A stretch of DNA of 64,000 bases, taken from contig CP128815.1 in the NCBI GenBank assembly GCA_051546255.1, positions 1,488,001-1,552,000 on the forward strand, given 5' to 3'. This document shows, in pieces, positions 10,350 to 20,761 of this stretch. The notes under the pieces were generated by a model, which saw only the letters and a program-made list of their open reading frames with translations, ran no database searches and was not told the origin of the DNA. Within the stretch, counting starts at the first letter, position 1. Each line of letters begins with the position of its first letter. The translations under genes were made by a program, and so were the position numbers. The DNA comes from Meyerozyma guilliermondii. Lineage: Eukaryota.

Positions 10350-10823
10350 AAGTCGGTGGTAATTATTAGTCAACTGCAAGCTAAAGTAAAATTGTCTTAG
10401 CTGAAATATTATTGACATTTTCAGCTGAACTGCAATTTTCTAACCTGCAGTTTCTGAATCACCATTGCCTATACGATCGACACTTGTTTGATATCCTAGT
10501 CTTATTGTCCCATTTGTTCATTCTGGGACCTGTGTGCGCGAATCAATTGCAGCACGAAAAAATGTTGCAACCTTCTTACCTAATCAGGAAACCCCTGACG
10601 TTGCCACAGTAAAGGGACCAGTTTTATAGAACTTCAGTTTTGGATCATGTATTAGTTGTACCCTATACCTTGCAATGCAGATGTAAGAAGATGTGGTCTA
10701 TCTCCAACGGCCGTTCCCGTTTCCTGCGTGCGCCGCAGCCTCATGTACGATGGGCGTGCGGCCACCGTTTACGGCAAGATTGTATTCGGTAGCGGCAAAC
10801 TGCAAATCCTGCTTTTCACCACA

Positions 10824-12657
10824 ATGGCTAGTGAATCAAGGGTAAGTAATGGAACTGGAGGCGATGAAACTCTGCAGCTAAGAGACTGGATTTTTGATCA
10901 TTTTGCATTCAGCAAATAGAAATTTAAATAACCACATGTTTATGGTGGTGAAACAAGTCCAGTAGTTTCCACAGTTAAACAATACTAACTTTAGATGAGC
11001 CTTGAACGAGGACTGTTTTCACAATATCTGCCACATAGTAAGTACCAGCGTGTTTTTCCATGCATTTTCCCATGTTTTTAACAGCTTCTAACTAGATCTT
11101 ATAAACCGTCTTCACGACTCGCAACCGCCAACTTCGGGCGGTACAAATTACATTTCCGCAAGAAATGACCCCATATACTCCGAGCTCCAGAAGCTTACAC
11201 ATCAACCCCAACCGCAAACAATTCCTCGGTCACAACAATCTTCGATTAATCACTATTCCAACCAAATACGAATGGTTCTCGACCACTTGATGAGTAAAGA
11301 TTTTGTCGACGACAGTGCAAGAGCCATGTTGGAAAGCCGACTACTCAATCTTACCAGCTACATTCCTGTGAGGTCTGAGAGCCTCCGTCAGGGTCAAATG
11401 TTTTATCCTAACGAACGGTTATCGAAGGTTCTCATTGACAATTATACCTCGTTGGTCACATTTGCATCGTCTTACTTCAATCTCTCGCTTGCATCTCATA
11501 TAACTCGGTACTTGGTAGACCTCATCTATGCCCTCGAGTACTGGGAATTATATCATTTGCTATATTTCATTCCCAATTTGGACTATTTCTTCAAGCTTAT
11601 AGGCATCGATGTTATCACCACTCCCTTTGGTCCATTGGTACGGCCTCCAGAAACATACTGCTCCGATACCATGTCACAGGGCTTTGAGTACCCGTTCCCT
11701 TATCCTTTTTACAACTATTCATTCCATTCCTTCGATCCATCTGCTTCGCAAAAAAAGCAGAGTGCAATCCACATCACACCGTATGTTGATATAACCCTCA
11801 CACACGACGAAGAAAGAAACTCCCAGGCGAGAGGCAGAGCAAAGTTGGATATGGCTCGAGGAGAGCAGATCCGCAAGCAAATTGATCGTGGTAGTAAGGA
11901 AAAACACAATACGGCTGAGTCAACCGAGTCCAGCGAAGATAACCAAGAAGATGATGATGATGACGACGACGATGACGACGATGACGAAGATGAAGATGAA
12001 GATGATGACGATGATTCTATGGACGCTGGTGATGATTACAGAGGCCCTTACAACGGAGAACATGGGTTTAGTGACCATGTAAACTACGATCAGGCGCTGA
12101 ACCGAATCATGGTGAAAAACGAAGCGGGACAACAGAGCTTTGCCATCATACCTATCGATGGGCGGAATTTTGGCGGTGACAAGAAGACAAAGAACAAGTC
12201 AGGAGTGATTCATCAATGCCACTTGATTGACCCACAAAGCAACCAGACATGCCTCAAAATATTCTACGGTAAAAACGAACTTTTGCGCCATCAAGAATTT
12301 GTGCATGCCACCAAAAAGAAGATATACAAATGTATCTACTGCAGTCAGAACAACAACAAGGTGCAAAGCTATCCTCGGCATGATTCGTTGGCGAGACATA
12401 TACGACGGAAGCATGGCATTACAGGCCGTGATAATAAGATGGCTGTCAACTATGCTAAAGCCAACGTCGAGATTATCGATGAGTCCTTGCCAAGGGTAGA
12501 TATGACCGAACCCGTACCCACAGAAGAAACATCTCCGTCGAAAGAGGTGGTGGTAGCGTTCACAGAGCAGCCGTCCTGGAAATTTGTGCCCGACGTCCCA
12601 GCTCCGGATACCACAGCCACCAGTCCATTCTCGAAATTTCTGGCGCGAGGAAAGTAA
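10824..12657 (+). CDS. C2H2 zinc-finger protein with Rpn4-type finger pair; three exons, ~540 aa
   Basis: Exons 10824-10841, 10995-11037, 11096-12657. Intron 1: 10842-10994 (GTAAGT...TACTAAC-TT-TAG). Intron 2: 11038-11095 (GTAAGT...TTCTAAC-TAG). Splicing joins in frame to the track ORF 11272-12657. Fingers HQCHLIDPQSNQTCLKIF...LLRHQEFVH and YKCIYC...RHDSLARHIRRKH; poly-Asp tract. Confidence 0.82.
11947..12015 (+). repeat. Coding GAT/GAC/GAA trinucleotide tract (poly-Asp/Glu)
   Basis: gaagatgatgatgatgacgacgacgatgacgacgatgacgaagatgaagatgaagatgatgacgatgat encodes EDDDDDDDDDDDDEDEDEDDDDD. Confidence 0.9.
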
Positions 12658-13161
12658 TATGGGCATAAGAACACTTATTGGCATACGTACGCATAAAAAT
12701 ACGAAGGAGTACCCATAGAATAGCATTTAATCTGTATTTCACAACCACCGTACTGCATGTGCTTTTTACCAAGACCGTCTCAGTTGGCTGCGAAAAAGTC
12801 GTGCGCCTAGGTGCAGAAATTCTGAAGTGATCAAATTCATTGCAACTACTTATAGTTGGTTTTCCAAACTTGATTCGACAAAGGTTTCCGGTGCCAGTAG
12901 TTTCCTCTGCCTCTTGCGTGGCTATTTCCAGACTATAGGTACAAATCTGGCTTATTTGAGATATTCCGTTGTCATTTACAGAGTTTAGTATTTGTTACTC
13001 CGATCTTCCAACAAGTAGACGACGAATACATCCCTGAACAACGACCAAAAACGTTTCTGCGAAAACTATTCTCGATCTACTGCTGATAAAACAAGCATTA
13101 TTTGTTTCGAAACCTTTCTAACCAACACTTATTGCACCTTACCTTTAACGCCACAAAGATC

Positions 13162-14523
13162 ATGGACCTTCCTATTCTTCACCGAATGACAGAATCGCTC
13201 CCCAAGAGCCAGTCTACGTCGTCTCCACCTCCCCCTAGCTCCTCAAAGCTGGTTGACTCCGTACCTCTTATCGAAGTGCTCAAAGAACAGGGCGATCTCA
13301 ACGAGGACGAAATTGTGAAAATACTAAATGTTTGTAATCCTTCTAACATTGAAGAATATAGCGAGCATTTATTAAAAGTGTGCACCATTCTCTATGAAAA
13401 TAAGATAGACAGGGAAAACTTCAAAATTCTCGAAACAAAATTCATCGAACTAACCGACCATGTGCTGCAGTTCATGCAAGAACAAGACTTTATGACCACC
13501 GAATCTCATTTGATCATTGAAAAGTGTTTTGATATCCTCATAGTCATGGCCACCGATGGCAAATCTTTTGCCTTGGCTTCACGAGCAATTCGGTTTTTGA
13601 CTCAAATAATCATGGGTTTGAGCTATTGGCAGATATATAACCTTTTATTGTGGAAACCTGCCATCTACCAGTTTTTGCTCATCATTCACTTTGACCTCGA
13701 AGAGTGCTACAACAACTTTATAAGGGATTATAGTTCCTATGTCAGAAAGCAAGAAAGTGAGCAACGAATAGTGACGAGGTCAAGGGCACAATCACTGACT
13801 AATATAGTGGAAAAGGAAGCAAAAATAAGCGATTATTCCGAAGACGATCAAACAGAAGACAGCGACAGCGATCAAACTGACGATTTTCCATTCATCCAAG
13901 AAAAGCCAAAGGTCAAAAGGCAAAAGAAAGTCAAGAAGGAAGAAAAGCCTCAAGCTATTGGGCAAGCGTACCTCAAAAGCACCGGCAGTGAAGCCGAAGC
14001 AACAGACAATAAATGGCAAACAAACAAGTCTGCCAACTATGATCCCGAGGTTGTGCACGAGTGCCAACTTCCCGCACCTGATGAGCCAGGAAAGATGTGT
14101 TTGCGTCGTTTTTCACGTAAGTATGAGCTCATTAGACATCAGGAAACGGTCCACAGCAAGAAGAAAAAGTTATTCAAGTGTTACGTTTGCATCAAACAAA
14201 CTCCAAATGTGCTACCAAGAATATTCACAAGACATGATACTCTTGCCAAGCATATTCGAGTGAACCATAAAATATCTGGTCGTGAAGCGAAAGCCGAAGT
14301 TCAATTTTCCAAGAAGCACGCTGAGATTGTCGAAGAAGGCGATGTCACCGTACAAGTTGGTAGAAGGAAAACGAAGGTCGACTACGATTTGAGAGCTCAT
14401 TTGGAGATGGAGCGCACAAGGCGGGACGGAAGTGACCCAGACTCCGTGGTAGAGGTTGGGAAGTTTGATGAGTCCGATGACCCGGAATCAATTGAAGAAA
14501 TAGTCATGGAAGAGCCGGTTTAG
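13162..14523 (+). CDS. C2H2 zinc-finger protein with Rpn4-type finger pair (possibly Fgr15-like), 453 aa
   Basis: HECQLPAPDEPGKMCLRRFSRKYELIRHQETVHSKKKKLFKCYVC...FTRHDTLAKHIRVNH. First ATG 13162. The FGR15 suggestion rests on my recollection of C. albicans gene order next to NPL6 and is unverified. Confidence 0.85.
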   Translation: MDLPILHRMTESLPKSQSTSSPPPPSSSKLVDSVPLIEVLKEQGDLNEDEIVKILNVCNPSNIEEYSEHLLKVCTILYENKIDRENFKILETKFIELTDHVLQFMQEQDFMTTESHLIIEKCFDILIVMATDGKSFALASRAIRFLTQIIMGLSYWQIYNLLLWKPAIYQFLLIIHFDLEECYNNFIRDYSSYVRKQESEQRIVTRSRAQSLTNIVEKEAKISDYSEDDQTEDSDSDQTDDFPFIQEKPKVKRQKKVKKEEKPQAIGQAYLKSTGSEAEATDNKWQTNKSANYDPEVVHECQLPAPDEPGKMCLRRFSRKYELIRHQETVHSKKKKLFKCYVCIKQTPNVLPRIFTRHDTLAKHIRVNHKISGREAKAEVQFSKKHAEIVEEGDVTVQVGRRKTKVDYDLRAHLEMERTRRDGSDPDSVVEVGKFDESDDPESIEEIVMEEPV

Positions 14524-14552
14524 TAGTATGATGTATTTGCTATTTTACATAT

Positions 14553-15875
14553 TCATTGTGAACTCAAAAGTTTCACGGCAGCTTCTTCGTAGGCCCGCTG
14601 TTCTAAAATCGCCTTTCTGACATCTTCGTCGACATCGTCAAAGATTTCGGCTGGGATATCCCTCAACCCCGTTAATTTTCTCGAAGCGTCAGGATTGTAT
14701 AATTTTGTGTCCCAGTATATTTGTCCTGGGAGATCATTCCCCTTTGTTATACGGTGCACTGTAGGCTGAGTTCCTGAAGGGTAGAATGTGAGGCCCGTGT
14801 AAACGTCTCTAACACCGCAAAATGTTTGACTGCGTTGGCTAAGAAGGCTCGAATTGTACTCGCGAGTCTTATACGCCATTTGGTACATCCATGTTGGATC
14901 GGATTGGTACGCTACCAGTGCCGAACCTGCTAATGGAGGAGTACCTGAGCCCGTCTGATTTGCTTCTGAGTAGACGGTAGCTGCATTAAGTGAGTATTTG
15001 TAGAGTTCAGTTGGATCGGCGTACTCACCCGCAACGTCTCCGTTGTCAATTGCCTTCTGCTCCCAGAAATCATCCACGACTTTCTTTCCGTCTTTTAATA
15101 TCCGAGCACCAAACTCTCTGAAGATGGATCGAGCCGTGACTAAATTGACCGAGCGACCTTTGTACGAATTAGGAATGATGTGTCGTTCAATGAGGTCCAT
15201 TTTTTCGGCATCGGTGCATACTTTTTTGAATAAATTGTGGTGGGTCTTGAAAAGAAGGTAAGAGTCACGGAACCCTACCAACCGTGCTGGCTCAGTCGAT
15301 ACCATATAGAGTCTTTCGCCTTGACCAAGCACGGTAAACGTATTTATACGGTACTGTCTTCCCCCCTTTAATCTTCCGAATTCATCCACTTTTTCCACCG
15401 CTTTGGGGTCTTCATCCATCACCACCTCGTCGTTTTCAATATTAATGAGGTTTCCGTCGTCGTCATAAAACCCATCTTGGCCTGCCTGGACTATGGGCTT
15501 TCTCCCTCTTCTTTTGAGTTTCTTCATCACTTTTTTTGGCGCTTTTGGAGCCGGACTGGCACCCGGTTGTGGAGTGTTTTCGTTCTCTTCTTCCTCTTCT
15601 TCCTCTTCCTCTTCACCTTCGCCTTCTACGTCCATTTCTGCGTCATCCTGAATGTTCTCGTCATCTGCCAGAAGGTCATCGTCATCTTCGTCGTCGGTAA
15701 CTTTTCTTCTTTTCCGCCGGCTCACTTGCACCTCTTCTTCGTTATATTCCTCGTCATCATCCTCGTCGATATCTAACCCTGAAAGATTTGGTCTCTGTGC
15801 ACGTCTACGGGTTGCTCTGGACGACTCGGTGGAGTCGGGAGAAGCCAGTCGTAAGCTGCGGCGTGATCGAACCAT
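14553..15875 (-). CDS. NPL6: RSC chromatin-remodelling subunit Npl6/Rsc7, 440 aa
   Basis: Acidic N-terminus, then the Rsc7/Swp82 domain: KVDEFGRLKGGRQYRINTF...YMVSTEPARLVGFRDSYLLF...IPNSYKGR...VTARSIFREFGA...DDFWE. Confidence 0.92.
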   Translation of the reverse strand: MVRSRRSLRLASPDSTESSRATRRRAQRPNLSGLDIDEDDDEEYNEEEVQVSRRKRRKVTDDEDDDDLLADDENIQDDAEMDVEGEGEEEEEEEEEENENTPQPGASPAPKAPKKVMKKLKRRGRKPIVQAGQDGFYDDDGNLINIENDEVVMDEDPKAVEKVDEFGRLKGGRQYRINTFTVLGQGERLYMVSTEPARLVGFRDSYLLFKTHHNLFKKVCTDAEKMDLIERHIIPNSYKGRSVNLVTARSIFREFGARILKDGKKVVDDFWEQKAIDNGDVAGEYADPTELYKYSLNAATVYSEANQTGSGTPPLAGSALVAYQSDPTWMYQMAYKTREYNSSLLSQRSQTFCGVRDVYTGLTFYPSGTQPTVHRITKGNDLPGQIYWDTKLYNPDASRKLTGLRDIPAEIFDDVDEDVRKAILEQRAYEEAAVKLLSSQ

Positions 15876-15969
15876 GGGCTGGTGTTGTGAAGATAAAAAG
15901 TTCGGCGCGCGCTACAAAATGTTAGCTTCCTCAAGTAATTATATTCGCGCCAAATCTACCTCGTTCTTT

Positions 15970-17403
15970 ATGTTAAGGACGCCGCTACGAACATTAGGTT
16001 CCATCCGCCAGTATTCTACTCCTGTCCCATCCATATCCTCGTTCTCCTATATTGATGATGACTTTTTGTCAGCTGTAAGTCAGCGGGAAATTGCGAAATA
16101 TTTAGATAGTCTTGGACCATTTCCGTCCTATTCTCAAATATTAAATCCCCAGCACTTTTTTCAAAATGAATTGCTTCTCAAGTATGTGGAAAAGGATCCT
16201 CATCCTGTTTCCCTTCGTCAGTTGGCCGGTTATGGTAAGGTGTTGACAAAACAGAAGATTGTTAACAGTGCCAATTTTGTTCGAATCGAGCTTCCAATTC
16301 GATTGGCAATACGGATCAGAGACTTACAAACCCTCCCTTTCGGTGTTGTTAACAACCTCCATCTTGCACAGGTTTATGAGAGTTATTACCGGCTGTTTAA
16401 CGTTCTTCGGAGGTGGCCGAAAATCACTACTTTGGATGACAATGAAGCGTTCTGTTCTGTCCTCTCCAATCTACTCACCGACCATATGTCCAACTTGCCC
16501 CACTTGATGATGGGTGCCTTGGAAGTATCCATTTTGGACAGTCTTAATCAGAACGATTTGGATCAGTTTATGAGTCTGATGATACGATCACGAATTAGCA
16601 GGCGAGTCATAGTAGAAGAACACTTATCGCTCACCGACAATTACAAGACTGCTCCCTATTCAAGCAAGCCTCCTGACTATATTGGGGGAATATTTCATCC
16701 GTGCAACGCAGCTGAGCATTTCCGTCATGTTGCCGAAGTCGTCAAGGCATCGTTAACTGATGTATATCCAGACAAGGAAAAGATGCCGGATCTTGAAATA
16801 GATGGTGATTTAGACACAAAGTTCCCATTTATGGTTCCACATCTTCATTACTTGTTTGGCGAGATCTTGCGAAACTCATACGAAGCAACCATCAAGACCC
16901 ATGGAGATAAAACCTCACGAAAATTACCAGCCATCAAGATAACAATCATAAACGGGAAAAAGCAGGTCATTCTCCGGATCTCAGACAGAGGGGGCGGGCT
17001 CTCTCACGACAAGTTATCCAACATCTACTCCTTTGGCAAAAGTCCTCAAAGAGCAAGAGAGTCTTTGGCCAAGTTTCATCGTATACCAGGACTCAGACTA
17101 CAAACCAACTTTAAGTTGGCAGGCTCTGAAGATGACGAGTCTCACCAGGATGCCCTCTTGCTGCACACTTCTCTTGGAGAACAGCAACAAAATGATCAAA
17201 AATCTTCCACATTACAGACTTTGATATCCAGACCTCATCAGTATAGGCTTGGCCTTGGCTTGCCAATGAGTCGTATATACGCGGACTACTGGAATGGAGA
17301 CTTACAAATGAACTCACTAGAGGGCTATGGCTGCGATACCAGCTTGACCCTCAGTAAATTGGGATTCCACTCCAACACGGTTCTGTTGGATCGAGCATAC
17401 TAG
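15970..17403 (+). CDS. PKP2: Mitochondrial PDK/BCKDK-family protein kinase (Pkp2-like), 477 aa
   Basis: Presequence-like MLRTPLRTLGSIRQYST; PHPVSLRQL, ELPIRLA, IRSRISRRVIVEEHLSL, EILRNSYEA, ISDRGGG, GLGLPMSRIYADYWNG. Alternative in-frame ATG at 15919. Confidence 0.85.
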   Translation: MLRTPLRTLGSIRQYSTPVPSISSFSYIDDDFLSAVSQREIAKYLDSLGPFPSYSQILNPQHFFQNELLLKYVEKDPHPVSLRQLAGYGKVLTKQKIVNSANFVRIELPIRLAIRIRDLQTLPFGVVNNLHLAQVYESYYRLFNVLRRWPKITTLDDNEAFCSVLSNLLTDHMSNLPHLMMGALEVSILDSLNQNDLDQFMSLMIRSRISRRVIVEEHLSLTDNYKTAPYSSKPPDYIGGIFHPCNAAEHFRHVAEVVKASLTDVYPDKEKMPDLEIDGDLDTKFPFMVPHLHYLFGEILRNSYEATIKTHGDKTSRKLPAIKITIINGKKQVILRISDRGGGLSHDKLSNIYSFGKSPQRARESLAKFHRIPGLRLQTNFKLAGSEDDESHQDALLLHTSLGEQQQNDQKSSTLQTLISRPHQYRLGLGLPMSRIYADYWNGDLQMNSLEGYGCDTSLTLSKLGFHSNTVLLDRAY

Positions 17404-17633
17404 ATAAGAGACAAAAGAGGTGTACTGAAATTATTTGTACCATGTGCGACTGATACTTTGGGAATATTCATTAACCCGATGATCATTGACGTTCATTTAT
17501 GAAATCTATAACTAGGTATCAAAAAACATTCTTTATATACTGACCTCTAGTGGTTTACCATGGGTATTAGATTGTACCTTGTTCTGTGTACAGTCCCTTC
17601 ATATATAATCGAAAATCGCTTCAGTGTATAACA

Positions 17634-19472
17634 ATGGAAAACATAGGACGAAGTCCGATATCGGCGCTTTTAGGGTCAACTTCGGCATCAGATGGTAAAA
17701 ATGAGCAACAAGCGGGAAGTGGAGATAGTTCTAGTTCTCTGAGCGTAAATGGACTTCAAATTGCAAGTGGACCTGCAAGTGGACCATCACCACAAGTAGA
17801 CAATAATACTCAGCCTTCGCCAGGAAATAATAATGGAAATGGAGAGAGTAGTCTCCCTGGTCTAGGTCCGCAGCGGCGGCGTCCTCCTTTCAAGTATAAG
17901 TATGTTGTTGAAAAGAAAGATGAATTTACTTCAGCTCCATTTCAACGGTTTCAGACACCCAATACCAATGGAGAAACTCAGCAGGGACTTCCAGTAGTCA
18001 TTCCTTCGTCCATACGAAAGTTTCAGTCGATATATCCTGTTGATCCAGAAAGGCTACGCGTTTCACAACAACAGCAACTTGAAGGTACAGAAGCATTGAA
18101 AGCATCTACTTCAGCTACTGGTTCTCCTATACCTTCTATACCCTCCACTACATCTGCTCCACCAATAGCCATACAACCAAGACCTGCAGCAGGGCTGAAG
18201 GGCCAAATCAGAATCACCAAATATCCAGCTGTAACCAATGACGACCAAACGAATACCCCAGAACAAAAGAAAAAAGCAAAACGGGCACCCAGGACCTCTA
18301 TCAGCTCATTAATACACTCCGGAGAGTATCTGGAAGCACCTAAGAGAGCACGGGTAGTACCAAACATCCCACAAGGAACGATTGAAGTAATAGATGTTGA
18401 AGATACTGAGCCTAGTGTGCCTGCTGTGACATCTGCAAATAGACCCAGCGAGTCCGCTATTCAATTTGTTCCACCAAACCCTTCAGTTTCAACACAGAAA
18501 TACGGCGAAAATCCACAGGCGCTGACGCTACCAACTCTGGATTTAGCTGCTCTCAGAGCCAAGTTGACTGCGCCAACCATGTCAGTATTTAAGGCAGAAG
18601 AGAACACAGAAGAAGCACCCAAAAAGAAGCGTGGGCCCTACAAAAGGAAGAAAGAAGACACTCCTCAAGATAAACCAGACATTAAACGCAAAGCGGATGA
18701 AAAGGCAGAGGGAACCGAACCGAAAAAGAAGCGGGTCATGAAGCCAAAGGCAGAGAAAAAGCCAAAAGCAAAGAAGAAGGACGTCAAGCAGGAACTGCAA
18801 GCTCCACCAAAGGAGGCCAAAGATCCAATTCATCCAACCATGACGACTGACAAAGCCACTGTTGGTGGCGCCCGAGTTCCTTCTCCTTCTTTAGTCACCA
18901 CTGAAAGAGATGCCGCTCAGGAAAGACCCACGATAATATTGGATATACCTCTCCTAGATCCCAAAGACCCCAAGCCAGGGAAGGCCGAGGTTGTCATTGA
19001 TGTGCTAAAACTTGCCGAGGACAAGTATGGGTGGTCTACAATTCACCCTGATGCCAAGTCTGCGATTGATATCATGGATGAAATGATAGAAGATGACGAA
19101 GATGGGGTAGAAGTTGACAATGATGGTGAGGAAGCTGATGACAAGGAGTCTGAGAAACCAAAGGACAAAGAAAAGGAAAAAGATGTCGACAACGATACAG
19201 AAATGGAGAACGTGGAAAAAACCAAAGACAAAGATAATGAAAAGGAGAAGAAAGACAAACGGAAAGACGATGAAGACCTTACAGAGGAGCAGTTGGTGAG
19301 GCGGCATGAAGCAAAAATGAACAGAAAAGTAGGAAAGTACGATTATGAGGACCCATTCATAGATGATGAGGAGTTACAGTGGGAAGAAGAAATCGCGTCC
19401 ACGAAAGAGGGATTCTTTGTATATTGGGGTCCATTGGTGGACGATCGCACAAAGTCCAAGAAAAAAAAGTGA
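17634..19472 (+). CDS. HPC2: HIR complex subunit Hpc2 (HUN/HRD domain), 612 aa
   Basis: Largely disordered, K/E/P-rich; C-terminal VGKYDYEDPFIDDEE...EGFFVYWGPL and DVLKLAEDKYGW motifs. First ATG 17634. Confidence 0.85.
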   Translation: MENIGRSPISALLGSTSASDGKNEQQAGSGDSSSSLSVNGLQIASGPASGPSPQVDNNTQPSPGNNNGNGESSLPGLGPQRRRPPFKYKYVVEKKDEFTSAPFQRFQTPNTNGETQQGLPVVIPSSIRKFQSIYPVDPERLRVSQQQQLEGTEALKASTSATGSPIPSIPSTTSAPPIAIQPRPAAGLKGQIRITKYPAVTNDDQTNTPEQKKKAKRAPRTSISSLIHSGEYLEAPKRARVVPNIPQGTIEVIDVEDTEPSVPAVTSANRPSESAIQFVPPNPSVSTQKYGENPQALTLPTLDLAALRAKLTAPTMSVFKAEENTEEAPKKKRGPYKRKKEDTPQDKPDIKRKADEKAEGTEPKKKRVMKPKAEKKPKAKKKDVKQELQAPPKEAKDPIHPTMTTDKATVGGARVPSPSLVTTERDAAQERPTIILDIPLLDPKDPKPGKAEVVIDVLKLAEDKYGWSTIHPDAKSAIDIMDEMIEDDEDGVEVDNDGEEADDKESEKPKDKEKEKDVDNDTEMENVEKTKDKDNEKEKKDKRKDDEDLTEEQLVRRHEAKMNRKVGKYDYEDPFIDDEELQWEEEIASTKEGFFVYWGPLVDDRTKSKKKK

Positions 19473-19520
19473 TGACTTGTATTCTATATAGATCATAGCT
19501 GGACTGTCAATAAATTAATA

Positions 19521-20633
19521 TTACTCATTGGTCTCATGATTATCACCCAGTTGGGATGCCAGTTGCTGTTCTGCCTCCTGTTGTTGTTGTTGTCGATGGG
19601 GAGCAAAAATCTGGTGTTCGATTTGCTTCACTCTATAGTAATCAACAAACGATTTTAAAACCATAAAAAGGCCAAATGCTATCAATGCATAGGCAAAATA
19701 AGGAGTCTTCAGATGTGGTTCAGTATCAACGTTTTGTTGAAATATGTCCGACTTGTACCCATCCACCTTTCCTCCCTTGATAGACAGCGAATGGGTAATA
19801 TCCACCAGATTAGGGTCTGTTGGTTGATAGCGTATAGGGACCGCATCAAGGCTCCCGAAATTAGCAGGTACCATGTTCCAACCATAGAACACAAATGTTA
19901 TTCCAAGTCCGGTCCGAGACCCTTCCTTAGCCGCGTGTGAGGTATGCAAAAGGTAGCACAACACAAACCCTACGAATTGGAATGCAACCGTAACCAATGC
20001 GTTCCATACAAAGTTGGCAATATTGCCCACCGGCAAGCCTTCCACAAACACCTCGTCCTCATATATTGGTGAGATGATGGTCGACTCCCAATACTCCGGT
20101 ACCGCATCTGCTGCTGCTTCCTCATACGAAGGTGGGTGTTGTTCTTGACCTATTCGGTTAGATTCTGTATCTGGTTTGGCCATCAAGTTGCGGAACACTC
20201 CGTCAGTTCCATGTCCAATAAATTGTCCCGGGGTATTTGGTTGCATTCTTCCAGTCGTAAGGCCATTATTGAGTCGTTCGTATGTCTGCCGTATGGGAAC
20301 AAAATGGTGAAACACGTTAATTATCCTTTCACGAGCACTTAGTTTCCTAGGTGTTTGCAGCTCAAGATCGAGATTGTTTAGGGAGTTTCGAAGTTCTGCT
20401 GATGATCCAGCAACGGGATCTGGTCCTTGAGTAACGGTATTGGCTGTTTGTTGTGGAGAAAGTGAAGTATTCGTGTCTACAAAGTTGTCATCGTCACTAT
20501 CGGAGAGGCTGTGCCGATTATCGGTTTCATCTAAAGGTGGTTCCTGCGAAGTGTTGAAATGCAGAGAATGATTTCCGTGACCGTCTCCATCGCTGGAACT
20601 CGTTCCGCCGCTCAACGGCTGATACGGACTCAT
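19521..20633 (-). CDS. BSD2: Rsp5 adaptor / metal homeostasis protein Bsd2, 370 aa
   Basis: DGVFRNLMAKP, PPSYEEAAADAVPEYWE, EGLPVGN..NFVWN...FQFVGF..YLLHTSHAAKEGSR.GLG; three TM segments. Start placed at MSPYQPL (20633); an in-frame ATG at 20735 is only 26 bp from the upstream gene's stop. Confidence 0.9.
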   Translation of the reverse strand: MSPYQPLSGGTSSSDGDGHGNHSLHFNTSQEPPLDETDNRHSLSDSDDDNFVDTNTSLSPQQTANTVTQGPDPVAGSSAELRNSLNNLDLELQTPRKLSARERIINVFHHFVPIRQTYERLNNGLTTGRMQPNTPGQFIGHGTDGVFRNLMAKPDTESNRIGQEQHPPSYEEAAADAVPEYWESTIISPIYEDEVFVEGLPVGNIANFVWNALVTVAFQFVGFVLCYLLHTSHAAKEGSRTGLGITFVFYGWNMVPANFGSLDAVPIRYQPTDPNLVDITHSLSIKGGKVDGYKSDIFQQNVDTEPHLKTPYFAYALIAFGLFMVLKSFVDYYRVKQIEHQIFAPHRQQQQQEAEQQLASQLGDNHETNE

Positions 20634-20761
20634 TTGTTGGTGTAGACAAAGGTGAGAATTGAGATTACGAATGCGCCACAGATACTGGCAGTATATGCAG
20701 GCAAATAGCAGATATAGACTATATATTTGTAGCATTAACTAGTAACACTAGTAGATCTGAT

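Noticed and set aside
15652..15969. Track ORF extends PKP2 N-terminally across NPL6 (apparent antisense overlap)
   Set aside because: The extension is the Ser/Arg-rich antisense shadow of NPL6's acidic codons; a mitochondrial-presequence-like start lies at 15970.
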